Positions 1-8,524 of a DNA stretch of 64,000 bases are shown here, one piece after another. The notes under the pieces are model-generated. The model had not been told where the DNA came from. It made no database searches and saw only the letters and a program-made list of their open reading frames with translations. How positions within the stretch are numbered: position 1 is the stretch's first letter; each line of letters opens with the position of its first letter. Source of the stretch: an uncultured Gemmatimonadales bacterium (GTDB lineage: Bacteria; Gemmatimonadota; Gemmatimonadetes; Longimicrobiales; Gaopeijiaceae); NCBI GenBank assembly GCA_963823035.1, contig CAWGKG010000010.1, positions 352,001 through 416,000 on the forward strand. The letters run 5' to 3'. A program made the position numbers and the translations under genes.

Positions 1-1316
1 GCTCCCTCCGGCATCCACCGGGCCGGCATGCCGATCGGTCGCTCCAGGAGCATCGCCACCAGGCGGTGTGCGGCCTCCCGGTAGCCCTTGGCCGCCGCCT
101 CGCTGCGGGCCGCCCCCACCAGCCATTCCGCCACCCGCTCGCGGGGTACCCGCTCCAGGACCTCCCCCCACGTGCGCGCGCCGATCTTCTCGAGCCCCTC
201 GTGGAGCTTCTCGACGAGGAACTCGCGCGAGCCGGGGTCGCGGGCCATCCCCATCACCCAACCCGCGAGCGTCCCCCGCGCCTCGACGACGCTCGTGTCG
301 TCGGCCTCGCCGAGCACGGAGGTCACCGGGCGCCGCAGGAAATCGACGACGGCCTCGTTGACGCCCTTCGCCATGGCGCTCTGGACCGCTTCGTCCCGCA
401 GCAGCTCGGAGAGCCGTTCGGCGCCCTCGCGCTCGATGGTGTCCAGCACCTTGTCCACCGTGTCCTCGGTCACCACCAGGCGGGCCACCACGCGCTGGTG
501 GAACTTGAGATCGCGCAGGAAGCGGTGGAGCAGCTCGTGGATCGTCGCCTCGAGCTTCGCTCGTGCGTTCCGGTCCTCGAGGAGCTTGCCCAGCCGTTCG
601 ATCGCGAGCGGCAGATAGCTGGCGATCGCCTTCTCGAAGGAGCCCACCAGCCCGAGCGGGAGGATCTCCTCGAACGTGCGGCCCGGCACCAGCAGCCGGC
701 GCGAGCCGCGCTCGAGGTAATCCTCCAGCGCTTGCCGGAAGTCCTCGCTCTCCACGGCGTTCTGGAGCCAGTCCTCCAGGGCGGCCTCGAGGGCGGCGCC
801 GCGCGCGGGGGTGAGCACGCCGCGGATCGGCTCGTCGGCGATGGTCTTCACGAGGTCGTCGGCGCGGCGGTGCATCGACTCCTCGAAGCGCTCCGACTCG
901 AGGTACTCCGCGAGGCGGACCAGCCCCATCTCCACCACCTCCTCGATCACCGGCTCCAGCTCCTCCAGGAGGGTGGGCGGGAGGAGGTCGCGCACGGAGC
1001 CGCGCTCGCGCTGGAGGATCTCCTCGACGAAGATCCCGAGCCGCTGGTCGAAGGCGCTGCGGAACTCGACGTTCGTGAACGTGTTCTCCAGGTCCTCCGG
1101 CGTGAGGAGTCGGTTGCCCACGGTGCGGCCGATGGCGGCCGCCAGCCGTGGCTGGTTCTTGGGCACCGCTCCCTGGAGGAAGCGGATGCGCCACGGGCCG
1201 ATCCGGGGTGCCTCGTAGGGATGGAAGAGCATCCAGATGGCGATGGTGTTCGTCACACCACCTGCCATGGCGCCCACGCCGATGGTGACCAGGGCGCGGA
1301 TGATGTCGTCGTTCAC
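1..1316 (-). CDS. DUF445 family membrane protein (3' end outside window)
   Basis: Manual translation from GTG at 1316 gives MNDDIIRALVTIGVGAMAGGVTNTIAIWMLFHPYE...GAVPKNQPRLAAAIGRTVGNRLLT, a typical DUF445 N-terminus. The start overlaps the upstream stop (GTGA). It is absent from the ORF track because it runs off the window. Confidence 0.85.
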   Translation of the reverse strand, partial: MNDDIIRALVTIGVGAMAGGVTNTIAIWMLFHPYEAPRIGPWRIRFLQGAVPKNQPRLAAAIGRTVGNRLLTPEDLENTFTNVEFRSAFDQRLGIFVEEILQRERGSVRDLLPPTLLEELEPVIEEVVEMGLVRLAEYLESERFEESMHRRADDLVKTIADEPIRGVLTPARGAALEAALEDWLQNAVESEDFRQALEDYLERGSRRLLVPGRTFEEILPLGLVGSFEKAIASYLPLAIERLGKLLEDRNARAKLEATIHELLHRFLRDLKFHQRVVARLVVTEDTVDKVLDTIEREGAERLSELLRDEAVQSAMAKGVNEAVVDFLRRPVTSVLGEADDTSVVEARGTLAGWVMGMARDPGSREFLVEKLHEGLEKIGARTWGEVLERVPRERVAEWLVGAARSEAAAKGYREAAHRLVAMLLERPIGMPARWMPEG

Positions 1317-2276
1317 GGGCGTGTGTGCCTGAAGAGTCCGCGCACGGGGTAGGCGGCGCCTTCCACCTGCAGGGTTCCGGAAACCAGGAAGAGCGCGTCC
1401 ACCGGGAGGAGGGGACCAGGACCGTCTCCCGCCTGGATCTGGGCCGACTGCACCTGGAGGACGCCCTCCACGTCGTCCTCCAGCGAGGTGATGGTCCACG
1501 ACACCGGCACGTCCTGGCGCGCCGGCTGGTAGGCGCGGACCTCCGCCCAGTCGATCGTCAGTGACGGCCACTGCAGGGTCGCGGAAATCGAGGCGCGCCC
1601 ACCCGCGGCAGGCTCCCGGTGTGCCGGGCGCGGCGGCGGAGGGGTTCTCGAGCACGACCTGGAGGGAGTCTCCCGAGACCAGGAACGCCCAGTCGCCCTC
1701 GGCGGACTCGTCGGAGCCGTGCACCCGCGCCATGTCGAGCGCCATGCCGCCCACGCGCCGATCCGAGATGTAGATCGCGGCGTCGATGAGCCGGTAGGTC
1801 TGACCCTGGACGCCGGTCCACTCGATGAGCGGGTCGCCCGACAGCTCGAGCTCGAGCTGTCGGGGGCCTTCGGAGAAGAGGATCTGCTCGATGGCGTCGC
1901 CCTCGCCGACCATGAGACGGAGGTTGCCGTGGGGGATGATCCGCCACGGCACGCGGGTCGGGGGCGTCGTCCACGACGCGTCGTAGAACGCATCCCACGC
2001 GGTGCCGCGCGCGAGCGAGCCCCGTGCGTGGCGGTCCACGCCGCCGGGCCGCGTCTGCGCGCTCATGAGCCATGGCACGAGGAACGTGCTGTCACCGGTG
2101 AGCGTCGTGAACACGAAGTTCCGTTCGTAGATGCGGCCCCGGAAGTTTCCGGGCGCGCTCTCCCCGCCCGCCGTCACGGCGTCGCGGGTGGGGGCGGGCT
2201 CGGAGGGGCCGCACCCGGTCAGGACGACCAGGGCGGCCAGGGCCAGGGCCGGGGCCGGAGGGGACGGGCGTTTCAT
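1313..2276 (-). CDS. hypothetical lipoprotein (one apparent frameshift near 1577)
   Basis: ATG at 2276 gives MKRPSPPAPALALAALVVLTGC (lipobox). The C-terminus LQWPSLTIDWAEVRAY...GLFRHTRP lies in ORF 1313..1993. The frames join at a C-run near 1577. Confidence 0.65.
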
Positions 2277-2303
2277 GACGGCCGGAAGGTAGCCCTCTGG
2301 GCG

Positions 2304-2681
2304 TCAGGAACTCCAGGTGGGGGCACGCGAAGCGTCTCCGATTCGGGTCCCCTCCGCGTCCAGCGCGGCGTCCAGGCGATCGACGAACGCGGCGAGCGTC
2401 CGGCGCCCCAGGCGCCCGTCGCCCTTCCCGTCGGTGGCGCGGGCCTCGAGCCCGACGCGCGTCTGGGCGTTCTCGTCGAGGCCGATGTCGATGCGCACCT
2501 CCATCTCCTTGCGTAGGAGCGCGCCGTCGCGTCGAGCCCGGATCACGCCCCGACCGTCGTCGGCCTCGACGATGTGCCAGCCCTCGATTCCTCCGTCGGC
2601 CAGGGCGAGCGCGGCCTTCCACACGCCGTCGAAGGGGATCGCGTAGGTGCGTCCCGGACTCGCGTCCTCCGGCGTGCTCAT
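2304..2681 (-). CDS. small hypothetical protein (DUF1499-like)
   Basis: 125-aa ORF with plausible composition (GRTYAIPFDGVWKAA...EVRIDIGLDENAQTRV), coupled to the upstream gene by an ATGA overlap. Confidence 0.6.
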   Translation of the reverse strand: MSTPEDASPGRTYAIPFDGVWKAALALADGGIEGWHIVEADDGRGVIRARRDGALLRKEMEVRIDIGLDENAQTRVGLEARATDGKGDGRLGRRTLAAFVDRLDAALDAEGTRIGDASRAPTWSS

Positions 2682-3499
2682 CGCCCGCCCGTCGCCGGGC
2701 CGAGCGCGAAGCGGATCGTCACGGAGGCCGTGACGGTCTGGTCGGAGGCCTCGATGGGCGTGGGGGCGGCTTCGGCGCGCAACATCATGGCACCGGACAG
2801 GTTGGGACGGGACGGGGTGTCCGACGCGCCGCCGTGGACCTCCATGGCGGGCCCCAGCTGCCTGCCCAGCGCCTGTGCGATCGCTCCCGCCTGCGCGCGG
2901 GCCGCGCGCACCGCCGCGGTGAGCGCCGCCTGCCGGGCCGGCTCCGTGTCCGAGGCCTCGAACGAGAGCGAGGAGACGCGGTTGGCGCCGGCGCCGATGG
3001 CGGTGTCGATGACGCGGCCGACCGCGTTCACGTCGGGCACCGTGACCCGCACGTTGTTGATGGCCGTGTATCCGTCGATCACCCGGGTGCGGTTGTTGCC
3101 GTCCTGGGTCGGGTAGGCGTACTGCGGCTGCAGGTTGTAGCCGTACGTCTCGACCCGCAGCCCCTCGATGCGCGCGCCCTTCAGGGCCCGCACCACGGCG
3201 TCCATGACCGTGGCGTTGCGCGCGGCGGCGTCGCCGGCCGAGTCGGCGCGCGTCTCGACCGCGAAGGAGGCGTAGGCCATGTCGGGCGAGATCGTCGCGG
3301 TGCCGCTTCCCGACACCTCGATGAAGGGGGGCGCCTGTTGCGGCATCTCCTGGGGCCCCGATCGGGGGCCGGCCACCTCGTAGAGATAGGGATGGGCGCG
3401 TCCGTCGTCGCGTGGGGCAGGGGTCTGGGCTCCGGCCGGTCGGCCCCCGCAGGCGGAGAGCGCCAGGAGGAGGGTCGGAAGGCGACGGATGAGGTTCAT
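2678..3499 (-). CDS. SIMPL/DUF541 domain lipoprotein
   Basis: MNLIRRLPTLLLALSAC lipobox, then IEVSGSGTATISPDMA, YTAINNVRVTV, VIDTAIGAGANRVSSLSF and QTVTASVTIRF, typical SIMPL motifs. Confidence 0.88.
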   Translation of the reverse strand: MNLIRRLPTLLLALSACGGRPAGAQTPAPRDDGRAHPYLYEVAGPRSGPQEMPQQAPPFIEVSGSGTATISPDMAYASFAVETRADSAGDAAARNATVMDAVVRALKGARIEGLRVETYGYNLQPQYAYPTQDGNNRTRVIDGYTAINNVRVTVPDVNAVGRVIDTAIGAGANRVSSLSFEASDTEPARQAALTAAVRAARAQAGAIAQALGRQLGPAMEVHGGASDTPSRPNLSGAMMLRAEAAPTPIEASDQTVTASVTIRFALGPATGGR

Positions 3500-3607
3500 G
3501 GGTACGTTCTCCGCTACGCTGTAGGGGGCTCGCCGCAGTTTACACCACATGGCGCTTTCGGGTATGTTCCGCGCCCCAAAAGGGCGCAAACGCCAAACCC
3601 GAGCACG

Positions 3608-4606
3608 ATGAAAGCCATCATTCCTCTGGCCGGGAAGGGTACCCGCCTCCGGCCGCACACGCACCATACCCCGAAGCCCCTCCTCAAGGTCGCCGGAAAG
3701 CCGGTGCTGGGCTTCATCCTCGACGACCTCATCGCGGTGGGCGTCACCGAGATCGTCTTCATCGTCGGCCACCTGCGCGAGACCGTCCAGACGTGGATCG
3801 CGGAGGAGTACCCGGACCTGAAGGCGCACTACGTGGTGCAGGAGGTCCAGGACGGCACCGCGGGCGCCATCGCGCTCGCCGAGCCGTTCGTGGACGAGGA
3901 GGTGCTCATCGTCTTCGCGGACGCGGTGCTCGAGGTCGACTACACGAAGGTCCGCGACCTCGGTCCGGAGTACGCCGGGCTGATGTGGGCGAAGGAAGTG
4001 GAGGACTACCAGCGCTACGGGGTGATCGTGACCGGCGAGGACGGCACGATGGCCCGCATCGTCGAGAAGCCGAAGGAGCCGATCTCGAAGCTCGCCAACA
4101 TCGGCCTGTACTACATCCGCGACTGGAAGCTCCTCTACGAGGGCGTGCACGACGCGCTCTCCCGTGACCCGGGACCGGGGGGCGAGTTCTACCTCACGGA
4201 CGCCTTCCAGTACATGGTGGACCACGGCGCGAAGATCCTCACGGCCCCCGTGGAGGGGTGGTGGGACGCGGGGAAGCCGGAGACGCTGCTGGAGACCAAC
4301 CACCACCTGGTCGAGACGGGACGGGGCGGTGCGCACGCCTCGGCGGTGGTCGAGGACGCGGAGATCATCGAGCCCGTACGCTTCGAGGAGGACGTGGTGG
4401 TGAAGGGCGGCCGCATCGGGCCCAACGTCACGCTGGAGAAGGGCACCCGGGCGGAGCGCTGCGAGCTGCGGGACACCGTGGTGGGTCCGCACGCGACGCT
4501 GGTCGACGCCCGCCTGACCGACTCGCTCGTGGGTGGGCACGCCGTCATCCGCGGCGTGACGGGGTCGCTGCTGGTGACCGACCACTCGGTGGTCGAGGGG
4601 CGCTAG
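3608..4606 (+). CDS. sugar-phosphate nucleotidyltransferase with C-terminal left-handed beta-helix
   Basis: MKAIIPLAGKGTRLRPHTHHTPKPLLKVAGKP signature, plus EKP and WWDAG motifs and a hexapeptide-like tail. Confidence 0.92.
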   Translation: MKAIIPLAGKGTRLRPHTHHTPKPLLKVAGKPVLGFILDDLIAVGVTEIVFIVGHLRETVQTWIAEEYPDLKAHYVVQEVQDGTAGAIALAEPFVDEEVLIVFADAVLEVDYTKVRDLGPEYAGLMWAKEVEDYQRYGVIVTGEDGTMARIVEKPKEPISKLANIGLYYIRDWKLLYEGVHDALSRDPGPGGEFYLTDAFQYMVDHGAKILTAPVEGWWDAGKPETLLETNHHLVETGRGGAHASAVVEDAEIIEPVRFEEDVVVKGGRIGPNVTLEKGTRAERCELRDTVVGPHATLVDARLTDSLVGGHAVIRGVTGSLLVTDHSVVEGR

Positions 4607-4632
4607 AAGCCGTCCAGTCGGCCCGGCGCCGT

Positions 4633-5887
4633 TCAGGAGGCCATGCCGGCGCTGAGCACCACGGTGTAGAGCGCCCGCGCGACCCCCTCCACACCGCGCA
4701 CGTTCCGATACCACTCGGCGGTGGTGTGCGCGCCGCCGGCTTCGCCGCCGCCGCCCAGCGTGACGGCGGGGATCCCCGCGGCCATGGCGGCGTTGGCGTC
4801 CGTCGACGAGAGCGCGAGGATCGGGTCCACCCCCACGGCCTCGGTGGCAAGGCGGGCCGCACGCACCAGGCCCGCGTCCGGGTCGGTGGTCCCTGCCGGC
4901 CGCACCCCGATGGTCTCGACGTGCGCCTCCAGCACGCCGCGCTCCGCGCCCGGGCGTTCTCCGCCGCGGTCGCGGCTCGCACCGCGTCCCGCACCGCCGC
5001 CTCGGTGCGCTCCAGGTGGTCGTCCGAGGCGCTCCGGCAGTCCACCTCCGCCCAGGCCTCCTGGGCGATGGCGTTGATGCTCGTGCCGCCGCCCCAGCGC
5101 GCGACGGTCAGCGTCGTGAGCGGGTCGGTAGGGAGGGGGAGGGCCACCATCGAGGCCACCGCCCTCCCCAGCGCGTGGATCGGGTTCGCCAGTCCCCAGT
5201 CGAGCCAGGAGTGCCCGCCCGGGCCCCCGCACGCGGAGGCGGAAGCGACGCGAGCCCAGGCCGTGCGCGACCACCCGGTCGAGGCCGGCCCCGTCGATCG
5301 AGATGAAGGCGGCCGCGCCGCGCCCCGCGCCCGACGGCCCCACGAGGTGCTTCGCGCCCCTGAGGTCGCCCACACCCTCCTCGCCGACCGTGGCCGCGAA
5401 GAGGATGGGCGCGCGGGTCGTGATCGCGCCCGCGTCGAGAGCCCGCGCGACGGCCAGGAGCACGGCCAGGCCGCGGCCGTCGTCGGAGATTCCCGGCGCC
5501 TCCATGAGGTCACCGTCGCGCCGGACCGCGATGGGGGTCTCGGCGGGGAAGACGGTGTCCAGGTGGGCGGACAGCACCACCGGAGCGGCCGCGGACGCGC
5601 CGGGGCGGAGCGCCAGCGACGTTGCCGATGGCATCCGTGCGCACGTCCGAGAGCCCGGCGCCGAGCAGGCGCCCCGCCATCGCGGCCGCACGGGCTTCTT
5701 CGGCGAACGGTGGGGCGGGCACCTCGGTGAGCGCGATCTGGTCGGCGAGCGTCTCCTCGTCGGTTGCCGCCGCGTGCGCGACTGCGGACGCGACGCGCGG
5801 GTCGTCCATCAGGCGAAGGGCGGACCGGTCGCCGAGCGGATCCCGGGGCGTGCTCATCCACCACCGTAGTGGACGGAGGTCCGACAT
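4633..5887 (-). CDS. M20/M25/M40 family metallo-hydrolase (several apparent frameshifts)
   Basis: Motifs across frames: APPFAEEAR, TDAIGNV, SAHLDTVFP, APGISDDGRG, VGEEGVGDLRG, GPGGHSW, GGGTSINAI, SSTDANAAM, AHTTAEW. The start could be 5887 or 5857. Confidence 0.85.
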
Positions 5888-5928
5888 GACAGGGGCGCGT
5901 CGCGGCGGCTCCGCGGATCGCGCACCGG

Positions 5929-6540
5929 TCAGAAGTCGTTCGTGTAGCTGAGGACGGCGTAGCGCGCGTCCCGCTCCAGGATGGCGCCGAAGAGCCGTAG
6001 GGTGACAGGGGACTGCCCGTCGCGGCCGATGGTGACGACGCACTGCGTCCAAAGGCGGTTCGCGCCCTCGTCCGTGGGCTCCGGGTCGCAGGTGTACCCC
6101 CGATAGTCCAGCGCATGCCCGCCCAGTTCACGAAGCGCTCGGAGCACGCCCCGGCGGTTCCGCTCCTGTAGCTGGAACCAGGCCAGAGCCGGTGGCAGCT
6201 CGTAGGGCGGCCGCGCCACGCTCGAGGAGGGGAAGTACAGCCAGGCCCACTCGGCGCGGCCCACGGCAAGCGTCTCGAACGCGGAGGTGTCGCTCGCCGC
6301 GAGCGCGTCGACCACGCCTCGCACGAGACCGTCCCTCGTCGCGGCGCCGCTCTTCAGCGTCCGGGCCTCGGGGAGATCCGCGCGGAAGCGATCGAGCGCG
6401 ACGTCCATGGGAAGCACGCTGTCCACCACGACGCCCGCGGAAGGCTCCGCGGCCGCGAGGGAGTCGGAGGGCGGGGTGCGCCCCTCACACGCGATGAGCA
6501 GCGCGGGGAGCAGGAGGGCGAAGGCGGGATGTCGTCTCAT
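5929..6540 (-). CDS. hypothetical lipoprotein
   Basis: MRRHPAFALLLPALLIAC lipobox; 203-aa ORF directly downstream of the FN3 lipoprotein on the same strand. Confidence 0.75.
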   Translation of the reverse strand: MRRHPAFALLLPALLIACEGRTPPSDSLAAAEPSAGVVVDSVLPMDVALDRFRADLPEARTLKSGAATRDGLVRGVVDALAASDTSAFETLAVGRAEWAWLYFPSSSVARPPYELPPALAWFQLQERNRRGVLRALRELGGHALDYRGYTCDPEPTDEGANRLWTQCVVTIGRDGQSPVTLRLFGAILERDARYAVLSYTNDF

Positions 6541-6618
6541 GTCGGGTCTTCGAAGTGGAACGGCAGCGGCGGCTGGGCGATGACGCCACCCGGCCGCCGC
6601 TGGGAACGTTCGCGATCT

Positions 6619-8322
6619 CTAGTTGCGCTTGAACTGCGTCCAGCCCTCGTACCACTTCGTCGCGGCGGACGGATCGATCGCGCCGACGTACGACGTGGCG
6701 GGCATGGCCCCGCCGAAGAAGTCCATCACCCGGGCCGCCAGCGGGGTGCCGGTGAAGTCCGCCAGACCGGCCGACTCGGCCGCTGCACCGCTCTTGAGCG
6801 CGAGGTTGAGGTTCGCGGCGGTGATGTCCGTGCCGCTGCCGGGCAGGGCGCCCGTGAAGACGTCGGCCATCGCGGCCTCGGTGACGTTCCACGCCGTGGC
6901 GCTGTCTCCGACCACGAAGCCGAACTTGCCGCTGGAGGCCGTTTCGAAGTTGTTCCCGTTCTCGACGAGGTAGACGTTGCGGATGTAGAGGGAGTCCGCG
7001 TCCATCAGCGCCTTCGTCTCGTCGTCGCGGATGCTGAAGCCGACACCCGGCCAGCGGGCGAGGATGCCGTTCACGAAGTTGGCCGCGCCGCCACGGCGGA
7101 CCACGGCGCCATTGCCGTCGGTGGTGGAGAAGACGCCCGTGCCGGGGCCGACGACCGTGAAGTTGGCCCACACCGGCATCGAGTACGGGGTGTTCGCGAA
7201 CGTGCATCCCGCCTTGTCGCTCTCGCACCCGTCACCCTCGAAGCCGCGCGGATCGCTGGACACCGTGCCCGTTCCGGGACGCGGCGCGAGCACCGAGGTC
7301 TGCAGCGCGATCAGGTACTGCGCGCGGCCCTGGAAGCCCTCGGTCCAGTCGAAGTGGTCGTCGCCCGTCTCGAAGGAGACGATGTGCCGGTAGTCGCCGG
7401 CGCCGCCAAAGGACTCGATTCCGTCGTCCAGCCCGGCCATGACCTCCACGTAGTCGAGCGTGGTGCCACGCCCAACGGCGTAGTTCGAGATGCTGTTGAG
7501 CTCCTGCCCGCTGCCGTTGGAGATGTCATAGCCGGCGAACTCGACACGGACGTACTTGAGGGAGCCCGAGCTGTCGTCGAAGTCCGTGCCGCCCGAGTAG
7601 TCTTCGGCGGCGCCGACAGGGCCCTCGGTGAAGATCGGGCTGGCGGTACGGTTGATGAGGCCGTTGCCGACCATGATGATCCCGCCCCAGTCACCGGGGG
7701 CGCGGTTGCCGGCGGTGCGCTGCGACGTGAAGACGATCGGCGCGTCCGCCGTGCCCTCCGCCATGATCCTGGAGCCGCGCAGGATCCAGAGCGAGCTACC
7801 GGGCACCAGCGTGTCACCGACGACCGTCGTGCCCGCCTCGACCGTGAGCGTCGCGCCGTTGCTGACCTTCACGTAGCCCTGCAGCACGTAGGTCGTATCG
7901 GCGAAGAACGTACGGCTGAGCGGAATGCCGGTCACCGTGGCGACCTTCGGGCCTTCCTGTGCCTCCTGGTCCGTCGTGGCCGAAACCGGGGAGCTGTCGC
8001 CGCTCTTGCCGTCCGCGTTCGCGGCGCGCACGACGTAGCTGTACTGCGTCGCCGGCGTGAGCCCCGTGTCCTCGAAGAACGTCGAGTTGAGGTTCGACGC
8101 GACGTTGGACCCGTCCCGGTCGACCTCATAGCTGGTAGCCCCACCCACCTGGTTCCAGGCGACCGTGATCGAGGTCGTTCCCGAGGCGGATGCGTTCACG
8201 CCGGTGGGGGCGGCCGGCGGCTCGGGGGTCACTGTCGGCGAGTCGCTGCTGCACGCCGCCATGGACACGCCCACGAGGGCGGCGGCGGCGAGCGGGAGGA
8301 GTCTGCGAGCGTTGGATCTCAT
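6619..8322 (-). CDS. lipoprotein with fibronectin type III domain and beta-helix-like C-terminal region, partner of TonB-dependent receptor
   Basis: Lipobox VSMAAC; FN3 motifs APTGVNASASGTTSITVAW and DTGLTPATQYSYVVRA; then LTVEAGTTV, GTADAPIVFTS, GDWGG, SGSLKYVRVEFAG and DDGIESFGG. Confidence 0.82.
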   Translation of the reverse strand: MRSNARRLLPLAAAALVGVSMAACSSDSPTVTPEPPAAPTGVNASASGTTSITVAWNQVGGATSYEVDRDGSNVASNLNSTFFEDTGLTPATQYSYVVRAANADGKSGDSSPVSATTDQEAQEGPKVATVTGIPLSRTFFADTTYVLQGYVKVSNGATLTVEAGTTVVGDTLVPGSSLWILRGSRIMAEGTADAPIVFTSQRTAGNRAPGDWGGIIMVGNGLINRTASPIFTEGPVGAAEDYSGGTDFDDSSGSLKYVRVEFAGYDISNGSGQELNSISNYAVGRGTTLDYVEVMAGLDDGIESFGGAGDYRHIVSFETGDDHFDWTEGFQGRAQYLIALQTSVLAPRPGTGTVSSDPRGFEGDGCESDKAGCTFANTPYSMPVWANFTVVGPGTGVFSTTDGNGAVVRRGGAANFVNGILARWPGVGFSIRDDETKALMDADSLYIRNVYLVENGNNFETASSGKFGFVVGDSATAWNVTEAAMADVFTGALPGSGTDITAANLNLALKSGAAAESAGLADFTGTPLAARVMDFFGGAMPATSYVGAIDPSAATKWYEGWTQFKRN

Positions 8323-8401
8323 CGAACGTGTTCTCCGTGTTACGGTGCGGTGCCTCGAACGGCATAGACACCCGAACATGGAGCGCCCGTGTGTGGTCCT
8401 G

Positions 8402-8428
8402 GCGACCGAGTGGTAACGATGTCGTCAC
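8402..8428. promoter_or_regulatory. Pho-box-like 11-bp periodic repeat upstream of FN3 lipoprotein
   Basis: GCGAC (8402), GTAAC (8413) and GTCAC (8424) at exact 11-nt spacing. Confidence 0.55.
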
Positions 8429-8457
8429 GCGGCGCGGGTGGATCGGCTCTGAACGCG

Positions 8458-8492
8458 GAGCGCCCCCGACGAGGACTCCGTCGGGGGCGCTC
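8458..8492. terminator. perfect 14-bp-stem hairpin between TonB receptor and lipoprotein genes
   Basis: GAGCGCCCCCGACG-N7-CGTCGGGGGCGCTC. There is no clear U-tract, so it may be a terminator or an mRNA-stabilising element. Confidence 0.5.
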
Positions 8493-8524
8493 GGTGCGTC
8501 CGGACGAGGACGGCAGAGGCTTTC

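Noticed and set aside
66..1352. Long plus-strand ORF and similar shadow ORFs throughout (e.g. 6529..8367, 17470..19245, 36324..38135)
   Set aside because: They are antisense or alternate-frame shadows of recognisable genes in high-GC DNA, Arg/Pro/Gly-rich and without motifs.
1..2276. Continuous minus-strand frame suggesting a lipoprotein-DUF445 fusion
   Set aside because: It arises from an indel near 1577. The proper C-terminus lies in another frame and stops at the GTGA overlap with the DUF445 start.
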